Positions 1-12,984 are shown, counted from the first letter of the stretch. The stretch is DNA of 64,000 nt from Eledone cirrhosa (GCA_964016885.1 CAXHJY010001343.1:1-64000); one strand, 5' to 3'. A program made the numbers and translations. The notes: generated from the sequence alone by a model not told the origin.

Positions 1-1627
1 CATCACCGTTTTACGTCCGTTCTTCCACGCTAGCATGGGTTAGACGGGTTGTCCTGTTGTGGGCAGTGTCTGGTCGGCTGACCATGCCTTGCTCATACAG
101 GAACTGATCTGGCTTGATTTCTACAGCTGGATGCCCTTCCTAACACCAACCTCATTTACAGTGAGTGCTGGGTGCTTTTTCGTGGCGCCTACACGTCCAC
201 TTTACAGTGTGGGCTGGGTGCTTTTTTGCCGTGGCACCACCACGGCCACCTTGCGGTGGGGGGGGGGGGGGCATATTGTTTATATGCTTCAGCATGTACC
301 CATGGGAGGTCGGGTACCCTGTATTACTGCGTGACGCCAGAAGTCACGGTCGTGTGTCATTGACTTTGAGAGGTGTAGTTGGGTAAGGTCGGCTTTTATC
401 ACCTCATCCCAAGTCATCTTGGGTCTCCCCACTCCGCGGTTTCCATCAACTTCTAGTGCTCTGCACCTTTTTATGCAGCTGTCATCCTTCATACGCATCA
501 CATGTCCATACCAGCGTAACCGCCTCTCCTGCACGCAGCATTTGATTCCTCTTATGCTCAGTCTCTCTCTCAATTCATTTATGCTTTGTCGTTCACGTAT
601 ATTACTGTTACACATCCATCGGAGCATGCAGGCTTCGTTTCTCTCTAATCTACGTAGGTCTTCCACCTTCAGCGCCCAGGTCTCACTACCATGCAACATC
701 GCTGTTCGGATACACGCATCATACAGTCTGCCTTTCATTCTGAGGGAGAAGCCTTTTGCAGCTAGCAGTGGTAGTAGTTCCCTAAACTTCTTCCATCCCG
801 TTCTTACCCTAGTTATTGTACTTTCTGAGCACCCACCTCCGTTGCTAATTCGGTCACCTAGGTAGCAGAAGCTGTCTACTGTTTCTACAGGGCCCTCCCA
901 GAGATTGGTGGTACTTGTTTCCTGTGGCTGTTTGCTTGCTGTTTCAGCACAGCTGCTGCATGTGAATCCTACATTCTTAATTAAGCTTCCTGAGATCCCG
1001 CTACATCTCTTGTGTACCCATTGTTTGCATTTGGGGCAGAGAATGGAGTTCCTACCTACACCTTTCCTACATACTGAGCAAGGCCATTTCCCTGAGGGGA
1101 TCTGGGTTCTGTTTTCTCGTCTACTTACAAGGACCTTAGTCTTTGTCATGTTGACTTTGAGGCCCTTTCTATCTAGTCCCTGCTTCCAGGTTTGGAATTT
1201 ATTCTCTAGTTCTGCCATAGATTCAGCTATGAGTGCGAGGTCATCAGCATACAGGAGTTTCCATGGGCATCCGGTCTTAAACTCCTCCGTTATTGCCTGC
1301 AGGACTATGATGAACAGGAGAGGGCTAAGAACAGAGCCCTGGTGGACCCCAACCTGTACGCTAAATTCCTCGCTATACTCATTGCCAATCCTAACTTTGC
1401 TGACTGCTCCCCTATACATGGCTTGTACCGCTTTCACAAGCCATTCATCTACTCCTAGTTTTCTAAGAGCCCACCAGATTACTGCACGTGGAACTCTGTC
1501 AAAGGCTTTCTCAAGGTCGACAAATGCCAAGTAGAGTGGCTTACTTTTAGCTAGGTACTTTTCCTGTAATTGCCTCACAAGGAAGAGGGCATCAGTGGTG
1601 CCTTTCCCTGGTACAAACCCAAATTGC

Positions 1628-1629
<2 letters not shown>
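1..1629 (-). mobile_element. RTE-clade LINE, family A, 5'-truncated (RT, PHD insert, 3'UTR; tail cut by window edge)
   Basis: RT motifs [39 protein letters not shown]. 3'UTR ends ...GGACGTAAAACGGTGATG. Nearly identical to 48070-50327. Confidence 0.95.
289..1629 (-). CDS. Partial RTE reverse transcriptase with C4HC3 PHD-like finger (start Met is internal to the full ORF)
   Basis: 446-aa ORF; WPCSVC...[12 protein letters not shown]...FTCSSC lies between KTK and VDSFCYLG. Confidence 0.9.
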
Positions 1630-1673
<44 letters not shown>

Positions 1674-1689
1674 GTATTATTATGGTTGA

Positions 1690-1975
1690 TAAACAAAAGG
1701 TTGAGAAGACCCTTCAATTTTATCAAGGACACAACTTCCCTAGTGCTGGTGCCATGATACAATGCACCCAGTACACTGTATAAAGTGATTGGTGTTAAGA
1801 AGGGTATCCAGCCAGAGAAAGTATGCAAAAGAAAGAGTTGAGATGACTCTTTAGTTGTACCAAGGACATGACAATGACAGTGTTGGTGCCACACTAAAAT
1901 ACACCCAGTACACTCTGTAAATTGGTTGATGATATGAAAGGCATCTGGCTGTAGAACCCATGCCAAAGTTATGAA
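1690..1975 (+). repeat. Two diverged ~135-bp modules containing the RTE/SINE tail motif
   Basis: Repeated GGTGCCA...CACCCAGTACACT..TAAA.TG.TTG.TG..A.GAAGGG.ATC.GC. Related units at 2950-3095, 24870-25440 and 30600-30870. Confidence 0.6.
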
Positions 1976-3123
1976 CATATGTGAGATATGCCACCTATCC
2001 CCACCCCTGCCACTTGGTTAGGGACATTCCATCCAACTCGTGTCAACATGTTTAACATCCAATCTCAATGCTGGCTAGTGCAACCAGTACTTTAAAACAA
2101 CCTCCTCTCATGACAGTCATGTGCACAGTCACATTTACTCCAATTCCTTCAGTTTTCTATCAGATATGTCATTATTCCTACCACTCTATATACTCCATTT
2201 ACTTTCTCCTTTCCTCTATTTTCTATCCATCATTTAAAAAGGGATATGACGGGGCTGGGATTTTAAAAGGAAGTGTGTGTTAAGAGGAAGTGTAATTATT
2301 TAAATTCCTTTTACTGTCCCAACATACACAACCCATTTATATCCTGCTTGCTTCTCCACCACCATCACTACCACTACCCTATCATATTTCCCATCACTAT
2401 CATTATGATACCATCTGTCTTCAGTAAATGTATGGAATAACTGACCTATTATGGTCACTATATAAGGCAGTTGATTTGGCAGAGTTGTAAAGAGCATTGG
2501 ATATTTGTGTGGGGGTCTATGCATTTTAAAGTTGAATCCCATTGAGGTCCACTTTATCTTTCTCCCTCTCATGTTCTATAAAGAAAGTACATTCCTTTGG
2601 ATAAAAGGAGAGAGGATTGAGAGAGTGTCCGTGTCTAAGTGTGACTGCATAGACACCTAAAGCCTTTAGCGAAAGCATTGAAAATATTATCAAGTCATAT
2701 GAGATTGCAAGTGACGGCTGTAGTTGTCCTTTTTTATTACTTGTAGATGTCCTTTTTATTACCTTATTTTTTCTTTATCTTTTAAAATTTTATCAAACAC
2801 ATCTGAATAAAAGGCAGTTCATCTTGCTCTGGTGAGATTCTTAACTGGAGTTCTGTAATCATCAGTTCCAGCTATGTGACCATATATTTTCTTTAGCATA
2901 AAGCTTAAAAATATTTTGTTAAGGCAAGGAATGATTAATTAAATTATTCTCTAGTGACACTGTAAAGTGATCGGTAATAGGAAGGGCATCCAGTCCTAGA
3001 AAACCTGCCAAACAAAGGGTTGGGAGGATCTTCAGCAATGTCAAGGACATGGTGACCTCCCTAATTCTGGTGCCACAATAAAATGCACTCGGTAAAGTAT
3101 GGGAATGTATAAGGTAAAATTCT

Positions 3124-3180
3124 GTTATATTGAAAAATTTGTTATAATGAATACCATTATAACAAATTTTTCAGTATAAC
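3124..3180. repeat. Near-perfect 26-bp-arm hairpin (MITE remnant)
   Basis: gttatattgaaaaatttgttataatg / cattataacaaatttttcagtataac with a 5-nt loop. Confidence 0.75.
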
Positions 3181-3828
3181 AAAATATATTTCAGTCCCCC
3201 GAGATGATAAACACTTAAGTACACTTACACTTAAGTATTGACTCAATTTGTGAAGATATTTCCAACTCTTGCTATCAGGGAAGATGGACATTAAATGCCA
3301 ACGATGATTATGATGATGAAACTTGATTTACCAATCTACATTGGATGAAAGCAAAAGTCGAATCTTGGTAATATTCTAACCCACATCTGTGTGGCATGAA
3401 GCTGTAGCTTTTAGTCAAACACTCTACTCACTTGATTATCTCTAGCTAAATATTGCACAAACAATTGGATTGGCTTAACTTTGGAATCAATAGTGTATTA
3501 TAGAAACTACACAATAGACTTTGTTTTGTTCTGTCAATAATACAAAATCATCAACTAAAATGCTGACAGACTCAGTCATGATGATAATAATAATAATAAT
3601 GGTTTCTGATTTACACACAAGGCCAGCAATTTGGAGAGTGGGGAGAGTCTATTAAATCGACCCTAGTGCGTAACTGATACTTTATTTTATCAGCCCTGTA
3701 GGGACGAAAGGTAAACCTAACCTTAGCAGATTTAGAACCCAGAATGGCAAAGGGATGTAACTTAATGCTGCAAAGCATGTCCGACACTTTACAGATACTA
3801 CCAATCTACCGCCCTCAATAATAACAAT

Positions 3829-4640
3829 AAAGGGTGATGTTGATAAACTATACTTAAGGAAATCTGAAGGTGGGAGAGGTCTTATCAGCATGGAGGACTG
3901 TATTCAGATGAAGAGCTGTTTACACAAATATGTGTCTGAGAGTAACGAGTCAATGCTAAAGGCTATATTGAAGAAGGAAACAATAGACTGGGGGGGGGGG
4001 TCTAAGTAACAACAAAAAGGAAGAACAACCTGAATGAAAAGGACCTTCATAGCATCTTTTTAAAGAAAACAAAATTCAGAGGGAATGCAACTGGCTGCAT
4101 AGGAGCAACCCTATAGAATGAAGTGGATGAAACACAATATTGACAAGGAGGAGGCTAGCTTGCTCTGGAGGATCTGTGGAGAGAGGAAACTGGCTTACAT
4201 TGTATCCGAGTGTTAACACTTAGCCCTGACTCACTATAAAGGATGGAGGCATGATATCATAGGAAAAATGATTCACTGACATTTATGCAAACTGATACAG
4301 TGATAGAAAACGATCATATGAAGTGTGGGATTTCAGGATACTAACAGTCAATGAACTAGTACACAATAGACTTGAATTTGGGACTCATGAGATCAAGGTC
4401 GTCTATCACCATACGAGCACTAGGTACTATCTCAAAGAGTTTCCAAGGCTGGTTAAAGAACATTAGCCTAGCCTTCTTTTTTGGAACACTCTAAAAGGCA
4501 TGCCTACTGGGAACAGTAAGGACTTTCCGATATGTCCTGAATATCTGAGGCTGCAGATAGCGGCTTGATGTTCATTAGGGCAAATTTTCCGGTTAAATAA
4601 CATCAATGACCGAGATAGAAAATCAATAATAATAATAATT
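3829..4640 (+). pseudogene. Decayed R4/Dong-type RLE retrotransposon, 3' half
   Basis: Manual translation gives KGDVDKLYLRKSEGGRGLISMEDC, RICGE..IVSEC..HYKGWRHD, VWDF and KACLLGT. Flanked by (TAA)n-like runs on both sides. Confidence 0.8.
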
Positions 4641-4734
4641 TCTTTTAGTGGCCACAAGGGCAAAAGACATTGAGAACAATACAAGGACGAAGTACAACAC
4701 AAAATGGAGTTTACATCGAATAAAAAAGTTTGAA

Positions 4735-4925
4735 AGCAACAAAAACCATAAATGCAATAATAATAATATAATACAAAAATCTTGAAATTGAAATATAAAA
4801 GATGTGAGGCATGAAAGTAAAAATAGTGCCAAGAATAACTGGAGCACTGGGTATGATAAAAAATAATATGAAAAGATATAATACACTATCCAAAAATTAG
4901 CTCTGCAAAGTACAGCCCATTATTA
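4735..4925 (+). pseudogene. Second decayed R4-like C-terminal fragment
   Basis: KYKNLEIEI.KM.GMKVKIVP..TGALGMIK...QKLAL.STAH matches the RLE C-terminal pattern. Confidence 0.65.
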
Positions 4926-4931
4926 TCTGAA

Positions 4932-6305
4932 GGGCGGTGGATTGGCAGTATCGGTAGAGGGTCGGATGCCATGCTTTGACGCATGGAGTTACGGCCCTTG
5001 CCATTCTAAGTTCAAATCCCACCGAGGTTAACTTTGCCTTTCATCCTTATGGGGTCGATAAAATAAAGTACCAGTAATGTACTGGATAATTGCTGTAGAA
5101 AAGTAGAAACAATTATTATCTGAATATGCTTTGGTGATCCATCTGAATATAGATTGCTACTTTTTCGGCAGATCTGCTGCTGTTCCCAATGTCAGGGCAG
5201 TGGATTAGCAGAATTGGTAGAGCATCGGACATGCTTAGCGACATAGAGTTATAGCCCTTTACGTTCTGAGTTCAAATCCCGCCGAGGTTAGCTTTGCCTT
5301 TCATCTGTACAGGGTCGATAAAATAAAGTACCAGTAATGTACTGAAGTCGATTTAATTGACTTTCCTCTCCCCCTTCAAATTGCTGGCCTTATGCCTAAA
5401 TCAGAAATCATTATTGATTCAATAGCACAGCTCAAATAGAACCAAATTCATACACAAGACAACATATACCCTTCAAGATTATAAATAATAAAATAATAAA
5501 ACTCATATTACACAAACAAAACAAACACTAAAATAAACTCCATAACAAAACAAGATTAATACAGTACACTAACAAGAGGAGTCTATACTCCCCCACTCCC
5601 ACACCCCAAAATATGAACACAATGCTGCACACATCTCAAAAGCACATGACTGCACCAAGTGATGCAGTAGAAACTTTCATGACAAAATAAATATTTCTAA
5701 TATAGGTAGTAGGTCAGAAATTTTAGGGGAGGAGAAAGCTGACTAATCAACCCATATTTGACTGATCCTTTATTTTATCGACTGAGTGGATGAGCGACAG
5801 AGTTGACCTGGGTGGGATTTGAATTCTGAATGTAAAGAGCTGGAATAAATATTGCTAAGCATTTCTCTGATGCTCTATTTATCCTAATAATTGTTTCTAC
5901 TATTGGCACAAGGCCAGCAATTATCCCAATGCATTACTGGTACTTTATTTTATCGACCCCGTAAGGATGAAAGGCAAAGTTAACCTTGGCGGGATTTGAA
6001 CTCAGACCATAAAGGGGCGTAACTCTAAGCTGGAAAGCATGGCGTCCGACGCTCTACCGATACTGCCAATTCACCGCCCTATTATCCTAATAATGATTTC
6101 TTTCTTTATTTATAATAATAATAATAATAATTTGTTTCTACTTTTGGCACAAGGCCAGCAATTATCCCAGTGCATTACTGGTACTTTATTTTATCGACCC
6201 CGTAAGGATGAAAGGCAAAGTTAACCACAGCGGGATTTGAACTCAGATCAAAAAGGGCCATAACTCTATGCTGCAAAGCATGGTTTCTGATGCTCTACTG
6301 ATCTA
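4932..6305. mobile_element. Cluster of about 5 copies of a ~190-bp tRNA-derived SINE (family M, Meta-domain-like core)
   Basis: A-box TGGCAGTATCGGTAGAG, B-box GAGTTCAAATCC, core AACTTTGCCTTTCATCCTTACGGGGTCGATAAAATAAAGTACCAGT, (ATT)n tail. Further copies near 3600, 7670, 7998, 10722, 10950, 23555, 23698, 29637, 33518, 34841, 39088-40080 and 40625. Confidence 0.85.
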
Positions 6306-7427
6306 ATAATTTAACAAGTCACAGTGATGGTGGGGTTGTGGTTTTCGAAATTCAATGTTAGGAAAAATATCTTCGAAATTAACTTAGTTAAATGAAATAA
6401 AATTTTTATTTCAAAAGTGGGAATATAGTTAGAACCAGTCAGAATTGATGTGTGACCGAGTCTTCAACCAATCATCTGGGACTTCATGCCTCCTCTTCCT
6501 CACATGAAATCAATTAATCAAAGTAATGATCAATGTATTGACTTTTGAACAGGATTCAGCAAAGTGATTAATTAGGTAAGCTAGTCATTATAACTGATAA
6601 AACTATTTTAGAATTGGCAGAAGCATTAGAGTGTTGGATTATAGGTCTTGTAATTTGTTTCATCTGCCTGGGTTCTGTGTTTGAATCCCATTGAGATCAA
6701 CTTTGCTTTTCATCCTTTCAAGCTTGATAAGTAATGCACTGCCAGTTAAGCAAGGATGGTGGATTGGTGGACTTATTAGAGTCAGAGAGGATGTTTTACG
6801 GTATCTGTTCCAGCTAAGTTCAAATCCCACCTCTTGTCACTGGAAAAGCAGTCTCTTTTATATCATCGTTCATAGAGACATGATGCCTGAATACAAAGAA
6901 ACACAATAGCTAACTTGTTAGTATGCTCAACTTCAAATCCCAAAACTCATGATTGTGGTTAAGCAATTAACTTCAGAACTACATAGCTTCAGATTCAGTC
7001 CCAGTGAGTCGTACCTTAGACAAGTGTTTCCTACTATAGCCTCAGGCCAACCAATGCCTAGAGTGAATTTAGTAAACAGAAACTGTAGGAACCTGTTTAT
7101 GTGTGTGGTGTGTATGTGTATATACCACACATACAAACAGTCATTTCGACAGTCAGTAAAAAAACCGCAAGTGGTGACATTCTTTGTGTCACCCATAAAC
7201 AATACATCTTGTAGTGTATCAGTTTGATGAATTTTAGCAGTATATAGTAAACTTAAAATATTGTATGGGTTGGTGTTGGTAAAGGCTGTAGAAAACCTGC
7301 CTCAAAAGTCTCATCACAGAAAAAGTGGAAGAAGTGGACATAAAAATGATGGTGATAATGATGATGATGATGACAACGCTGAAAATGATGAACATCTCTA
7401 ATATATACATTCAATTTTGAAAATTAC

Positions 7428-7586
7428 CTGCGTTTCCACACTCAGATCAACTAACAAACCTCCATCACCATCCTTCGCTTCAGAATTCGATGTTGGACCA
7501 AAAGGGTCAAACTCATCCATATTGCCAGTTGATTCTGTCATTGGCTGGGATTCTGAAAGGTCTACGAGTGAATCTAGCTGTGACAT
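7428..7586 (-). CDS. Candidate first coding exon of a host gene (exon 7428-7593): acidic 53-aa N-terminus with a DPF and two LVDLS motifs
   Basis: Acceptor ttatttatttttcag|AACCAAAATG, good ATG context, donor CAG|GTAATT in phase 0. Non-repetitive peptide MSQLDSLVDLS...DEFDPFGP...LLVDLSVETQ. Confidence 0.7.
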
Positions 7587-7997
7587 TTTGGTTCTGAAAA
7601 ATAAATAAGGAGAGAAAAAATAAGAGAAAGAAAATATACATACACAACAATATTATTCTGAAAAAAATAAGGAAGTGAATTGGCAGTATAGGTAGAGCGT
7701 CAGACACCATGCTTTGCAGCATAGAGTTATGAACCTTTATGTTCTGAGTTCAAATCCCGCCGAGGTTAGCTTTGCCTTTCATCTTTATGGGGTCGATAAA
7801 ATAAAGTATCAGTAATGCATTGTAGTAATTGCTGGCCTTGTGCCAAAAGTAAAAACAATTATTATGAAAAAAGTAATTAAAATATTACACCAGTTATAGT
7901 TAAGTAGTTCATATGGTGTATCATGAGTTATGGAGGCAGAACAGAGTTGAAGACATGGGAAAAAGAAGTGAAAGCTGAACTTCACAAAGAAAATAAT

Positions 7998-8176
7998 TGT
8001 TTCTTCGTTAGGCACAAGGTCAGCAATTACCCAGTGTATTACTGGTACTTTATTTTATCGACCCCGTAAGGATGAAAGGCAAAGTTAACTTCGGCGGGAT
8101 TTGAACTCAGAATGGCCGTAACTCTATGCATCAAAGCATGGCGTCCGACCCTCTACCGATACTGCCAATCCACCGC
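7998..8176 (-). mobile_element. Family-M SINE with 15-bp TSD
   Basis: cacaaagaaaataat at 7983-7997 and 8177-8191. Confidence 0.9.
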
Positions 8177-9257
8177 CACAAAGAAAATAATAAATGACAA
8201 CATGTAACAAGATGATTTCTTGGAGAAGATCCTTCAAACCAATGCAAGTGTGGAAAAATCGTCATAAAATACTGATCACACACACAAGCTGGCAATAACG
8301 GTCAGTGACAAACAGAGTATCGGATGGAAAGCATCACTTGCTGTGTAGTTAGTTATTATGGTGATATCTGTCTGTCTTTCACACATTTTGTATACAAAAA
8401 ATAATTTCGTTTTATGAACATTTCGAGTGATGAAAGGCCTTGAGGAACGAATTCAGTTCGCGAATCGAGGTTCCACTGTATATAAGCCAATAAATATGTG
8501 ACAAGAAACAAAAAAACAACAAAAAAAAAAAAAAACAATGGCAAGATAGAGGGGTCAGCTTATATTCAAGGTCAATATTTTGCCAATTTTCACTGACTTC
8601 AAAATTCTTTCACTTTGGAGGTAAATATTACATTGATTTCACTTTTGAGGTGACTATTAAACTGGTTTCACTTTTGATGTAAAATTTGTATTTCCTATTG
8701 TTTTTTATATGTTTTGAATGAATATGGCCTTCAGAGTGGTTGGAAATTGGTAAAAATTCCTTATGTAATGGAGTTATGAAGCAAAAACTATTCTCTAAAC
8801 GACACTTAAAACATTTTGAATATCAAAACATTAAGACTTCATAAATATATTCTCCTCACCCCCCACGAGAATTTCAAAAACGCACCATCTAAACATGTGT
8901 TGACTTATAAATTTCTTATATATATTTCTCCGACATAAAATAGACATATTCGAGTATATATGGTAAACTCTCAAAGTTAATTTACCTGCTTAATTGTAAT
9001 TCTAAGAGTAAAACCGGATCTATTTGCAGGCAAGGAACAAATATGGAAATGTTTCATAGTATAACCTACTCAAGCTTACTTGACCAGTTCCCAAACATTT
9101 TACACATAAAAAAATATAATTTGTTGCATAATTAAATGAATAATGGTACAAATTGGTATATATAAGATAAGGGGTGACAAAATTTCTTTCTCAGTTGAAG
9201 AAAGAAAAAACTTAGTGATAATTGCCAGTTTAAATGCTAAAGGGTTGAGTTATGATG

Positions 9258-9703
9258 TTTGTTTTTCAACATATGCTCCATCTAGGTCAATACACTTCTG
9301 CAAATGTTGATACCAGCCTTTAAGTCCATCTGGGTAAAACTGAGGGCCATGCGAGTTAAACCATGTCAAAGCAGTTTTTTATCTTCAGCCTCATCTCTTC
9401 CACTTCTAAAACAACTTATCCATTTGTAGGTTGTTGATTTCTTTGGGGCATTTCCCCATAAACTTGCTCCAGAGCATCAATGATTTGGCTGCTCTTCCAC
9501 CCTAGCTTCACCATGAATTTGATGTTTTGATGGAGACCATGTTGCTCGAGCAGCGCCGTGTTGCAACATGCATTTAAAGATTCATGTAAGAACATGTTAT
9601 GACACATTAGTACGAGAACGTACAGGTGCATTGATATCAAAATCCCTACAAATGATTTTTAGCTATATACTTTTCCCAACAAACTTTTTGAAGCCCCCTC
9701 GTA
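9258..9703 (-). mobile_element. Internally deleted mariner (irritans subfamily, Hsmar2-like)
   Basis: TA + TIR CGAGGGGGCTTCAAAAAGTT. N-terminus NIKFMVKLGWKSSQIIDALEQVYG..APKKSTTYKW is fused to C-terminus KTALTWFNSHGPQFYPDGLKGWYQHLQKCIDLDGAYVEK. Confidence 0.85.
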
Positions 9704-11519
9704 GACACAGTGCTGAAACACAAGGGTTTTCCTTTATGAACTGGTCTTAAAATGGCAGAGGATAATGTGAGGTGAAGATCCCTTGAAATCACCCCAATGG
9801 GCATGAAATATGGACTAAATGAAAATGTTTTTTGTATGTTAACGGAATCACAATCTTACACATGGACACATTACATTTCCAGTGAAGATCATTCTAAATA
9901 CAGTTTGAAATAGATGGGAAATATTAATGTCCTCTTTCACTTAATGTCCTCTAACCCAACTGATATGATTCTTTTCCTGAAAATGTTCAAACTCCAGAGA
10001 ACCAAATGTTATACCGCCTCCAAAACATCAACATACATAGGCACTTTTATATAAGGCTCTTGAACATACTTTTGCATGATGCAGGGGATTGGTTTTCTCC
10101 TTATAGTGCTGTTTTGTACTTTTCAAAAATATCTTAATGTTGTTTCATGTGGTACAGGAAGTTAAGAGTTAAATTTTATACAAGGACACCGTCTTACATG
10201 TGAAGTGAGGATAGTTAACTGTAAATACCGGTCGCCATGAAATCTAGTAATATATGTATTGTTCAAACATGTATTGTTGAAATGTATATTGTTGAAATGT
10301 ATATTGTTTGAACAACCAGAAAATCAACAAAAGACTATGAATCACTTTTACGTAATTGAATATGAATAAATTTACGATATACATTTGGAACATTTTACCC
10401 TATTCTCATTTCAATTCTTTCAAACAAACAAACATTAAGGTTCAATTTCTAAAACTAAGCCCTTCCTTCCTTTTCCCTTTTTTTCGATCCAGACTACTAC
10501 TACTACTACACACACACAAAAACAAAACAAAAAAACTGATTTAATTTGTCTGGTCAATGAAAACTATGACTGACAACAATAATTCTTTGCTGTCCTGATC
10601 CCACCACTAACCCTTCATAATGAAATAAATGAAACAAAGAAACCATCTATATATTAGACACTCCCACTAACTATTGTGCATGAAGAATGAGGGAGAACTA
10701 ATCTCCTGGGAGCAATATAATAATGGTTTCTAATTTAGGCACAAGGCCAGTAATTGGGGGGGGGGGGATTAAATTGACACCAGTGTATTACTGGTGATTT
10801 ATTTTATCGACCCTGTTAGGATGAAAGGCAAAGCTAACCATGGCAAGATTTGAATTCAGAATGTAAAGGACCATAACTCTATGTGGCAAAGTATGTTGTC
10901 TGGTGATCTACCGATTTGCCAATCCACTGCCCTTTGGAGCAATATGATAATGGCTTTTAATTTAGGCACAAAGCCAGCAATTTCTGAGGGGGGGGGGGGG
11001 GGGGTGATTAAATCAACCTCCCAGTACTTGACTGGTACTTTATTCAAGGATTAAAGGCAGTGTTTACATCAGCTGGATATGAACACATGTTAAGTAAGAG
11101 CTGTAACTAATTATTGTAAAGCATGTTGTTTAATGCTCTAATGCTTCTGCTATTGCACTGCTCTTACTAACCCCTCATAATGAAATAGAAGAAACTAAGA
11201 GAGCATCTATAAATTAAACACTCCCACAAACTTGCAGTGCATGAAGAGTGAGGGAGATTTAATATGCTTTCAGCAATATAATAATAACAGCATCAGTTTT
11301 TTTCTATTCAACATCTCTGCCTGACTCATCAAACAGGTATTGTCTCCTTCCTAAAAACATGGACAATGAAATTCAGAAAAAAAAAATCTGGCATGCATAG
11401 ACAATGACAATATTTTCACTTCCACCTTGACAGGATGACATTTTAAATTGTAACTGGAGTGATAGGTCATTTGCTTTCTTTTGCCTTATTTTTTCTTTTC
11501 TTTTAATAAATGCCCTTTA

Positions 11520-12190
11520 CTTTATAAACGGAAAAAATGAAACAAAATTTAATTTCCCACTCTTAGTACGGCTGTTACTTAAATATAAGTATGTACACTT
11601 ACATACATATATGTATACAGACGCACAGTAGTATGTATATATATATACATACATGCACACATATATAAATGCACGGTGTGTTTGTAAACAAACATCCCGT
11701 ATTAAGCCGCAGTGTCTAGCTACCATCGTTGCTCGTTTGTTCAACACTGACAAAGGAACGCTGTACTAGTTTCAAGCTTATTAGCTATCGTCAGCAACTA
11801 TACTTTTCTGCCAGATTGTTGAACGTATATACTTACCTTATGCATATTAACGGCCGATTAACCCACTCAATATGCAAATTGGGCTACTCAGCCGTTAATA
11901 TGCATAAGGTAAGTATATACGTTCAACAATCTGGCAGAAAGGTATACATTGCTGATGATAGCTAATAAGCTTGAAACTAGTACAGCGTTCCTTTGTCAGT
12001 GTTGAACAAACGATGGTTGCTAGATACTGCGGCTTAATACGGGATGTTTGTTTACAAACACACCGAGCATTATAATAAATGTTCGGTGAATCCATACGTG
12101 TATATATATATGTGTGCATGTATGTATATATATATATATATACATACTACTGTGCGTCTGTATACATATATGTATGTACGTGTACTTTAC
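11520..12190. mobile_element. Foldback/MITE-like palindrome, ~280-bp arms with a 14-nt loop
   Basis: 11590-11865 is the reverse complement of 11880-12186. Arm fragments recur at 18787-19018 and 25795-25861. Confidence 0.85.
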
Positions 12191-12502
12191 TATATAGTAC
12201 TAGTACAAAGTCATCCCAATATATACAGACTGATTTTTAAACAATAGTTTGCCACCACAAGAGGTAGCATCCATGGAAATTAGTACGCACAGCTTAAATG
12301 AAACAGTCTATTAAGATTAGATTAGATTAAACAGAAGCATCTCATTCAGATGTTTGACAATTTTCAAATAGTAAAAGGATATTTTTTCCTTTGTGTTGGA
12401 GGGATGTAGTCAATCATATCAACCCCACTATTTATTATTTTCAAGTCTGTTACTTAATCAATATTTATGATGCGCGCACGTGCATGCGTGTGTGTGTGTT
12501 TA

Positions 12503-12587
<85 letters not shown>

Positions 12588-12793
12588 TGGTAAATGGAAA
12601 AGAAAATGCTGACAAATTGTTCCCAGTGGAAAATAGTTTAATTAGGAATAAGTAAAAATTAGTAATAGTGTTGGTTAGTATTCACCTCTATTCTTCTAAA
12701 TATATATATATGTATATATATATACATATGTGTATATATATATATATAAATGTGTATATATATATATATATACATGTGTGTATATACATACAC

Positions 12794-12842
<49 letters not shown>

Positions 12843-12951
12843 TACATGTGTGTATATATATATATACATGTGTGTATATATATATATACATGTGTATATA
12901 TATATATGTATATATACACATATATGTGTATATATATATATATATATACAC

Positions 12952-12984
<33 letters not shown>

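Noticed and set aside
419-1534. Antisense ORFs over RTE copies (also at 13588, 48508, 48994)
   Set aside because: Shadow frames of the RT coding strand, repeated only because the copies are recent.
4932-5010. tRNA genes suggested by A/B boxes
   Set aside because: These are SINE heads: no cloverleaf, and they are followed by a SINE core, tail and TSDs.
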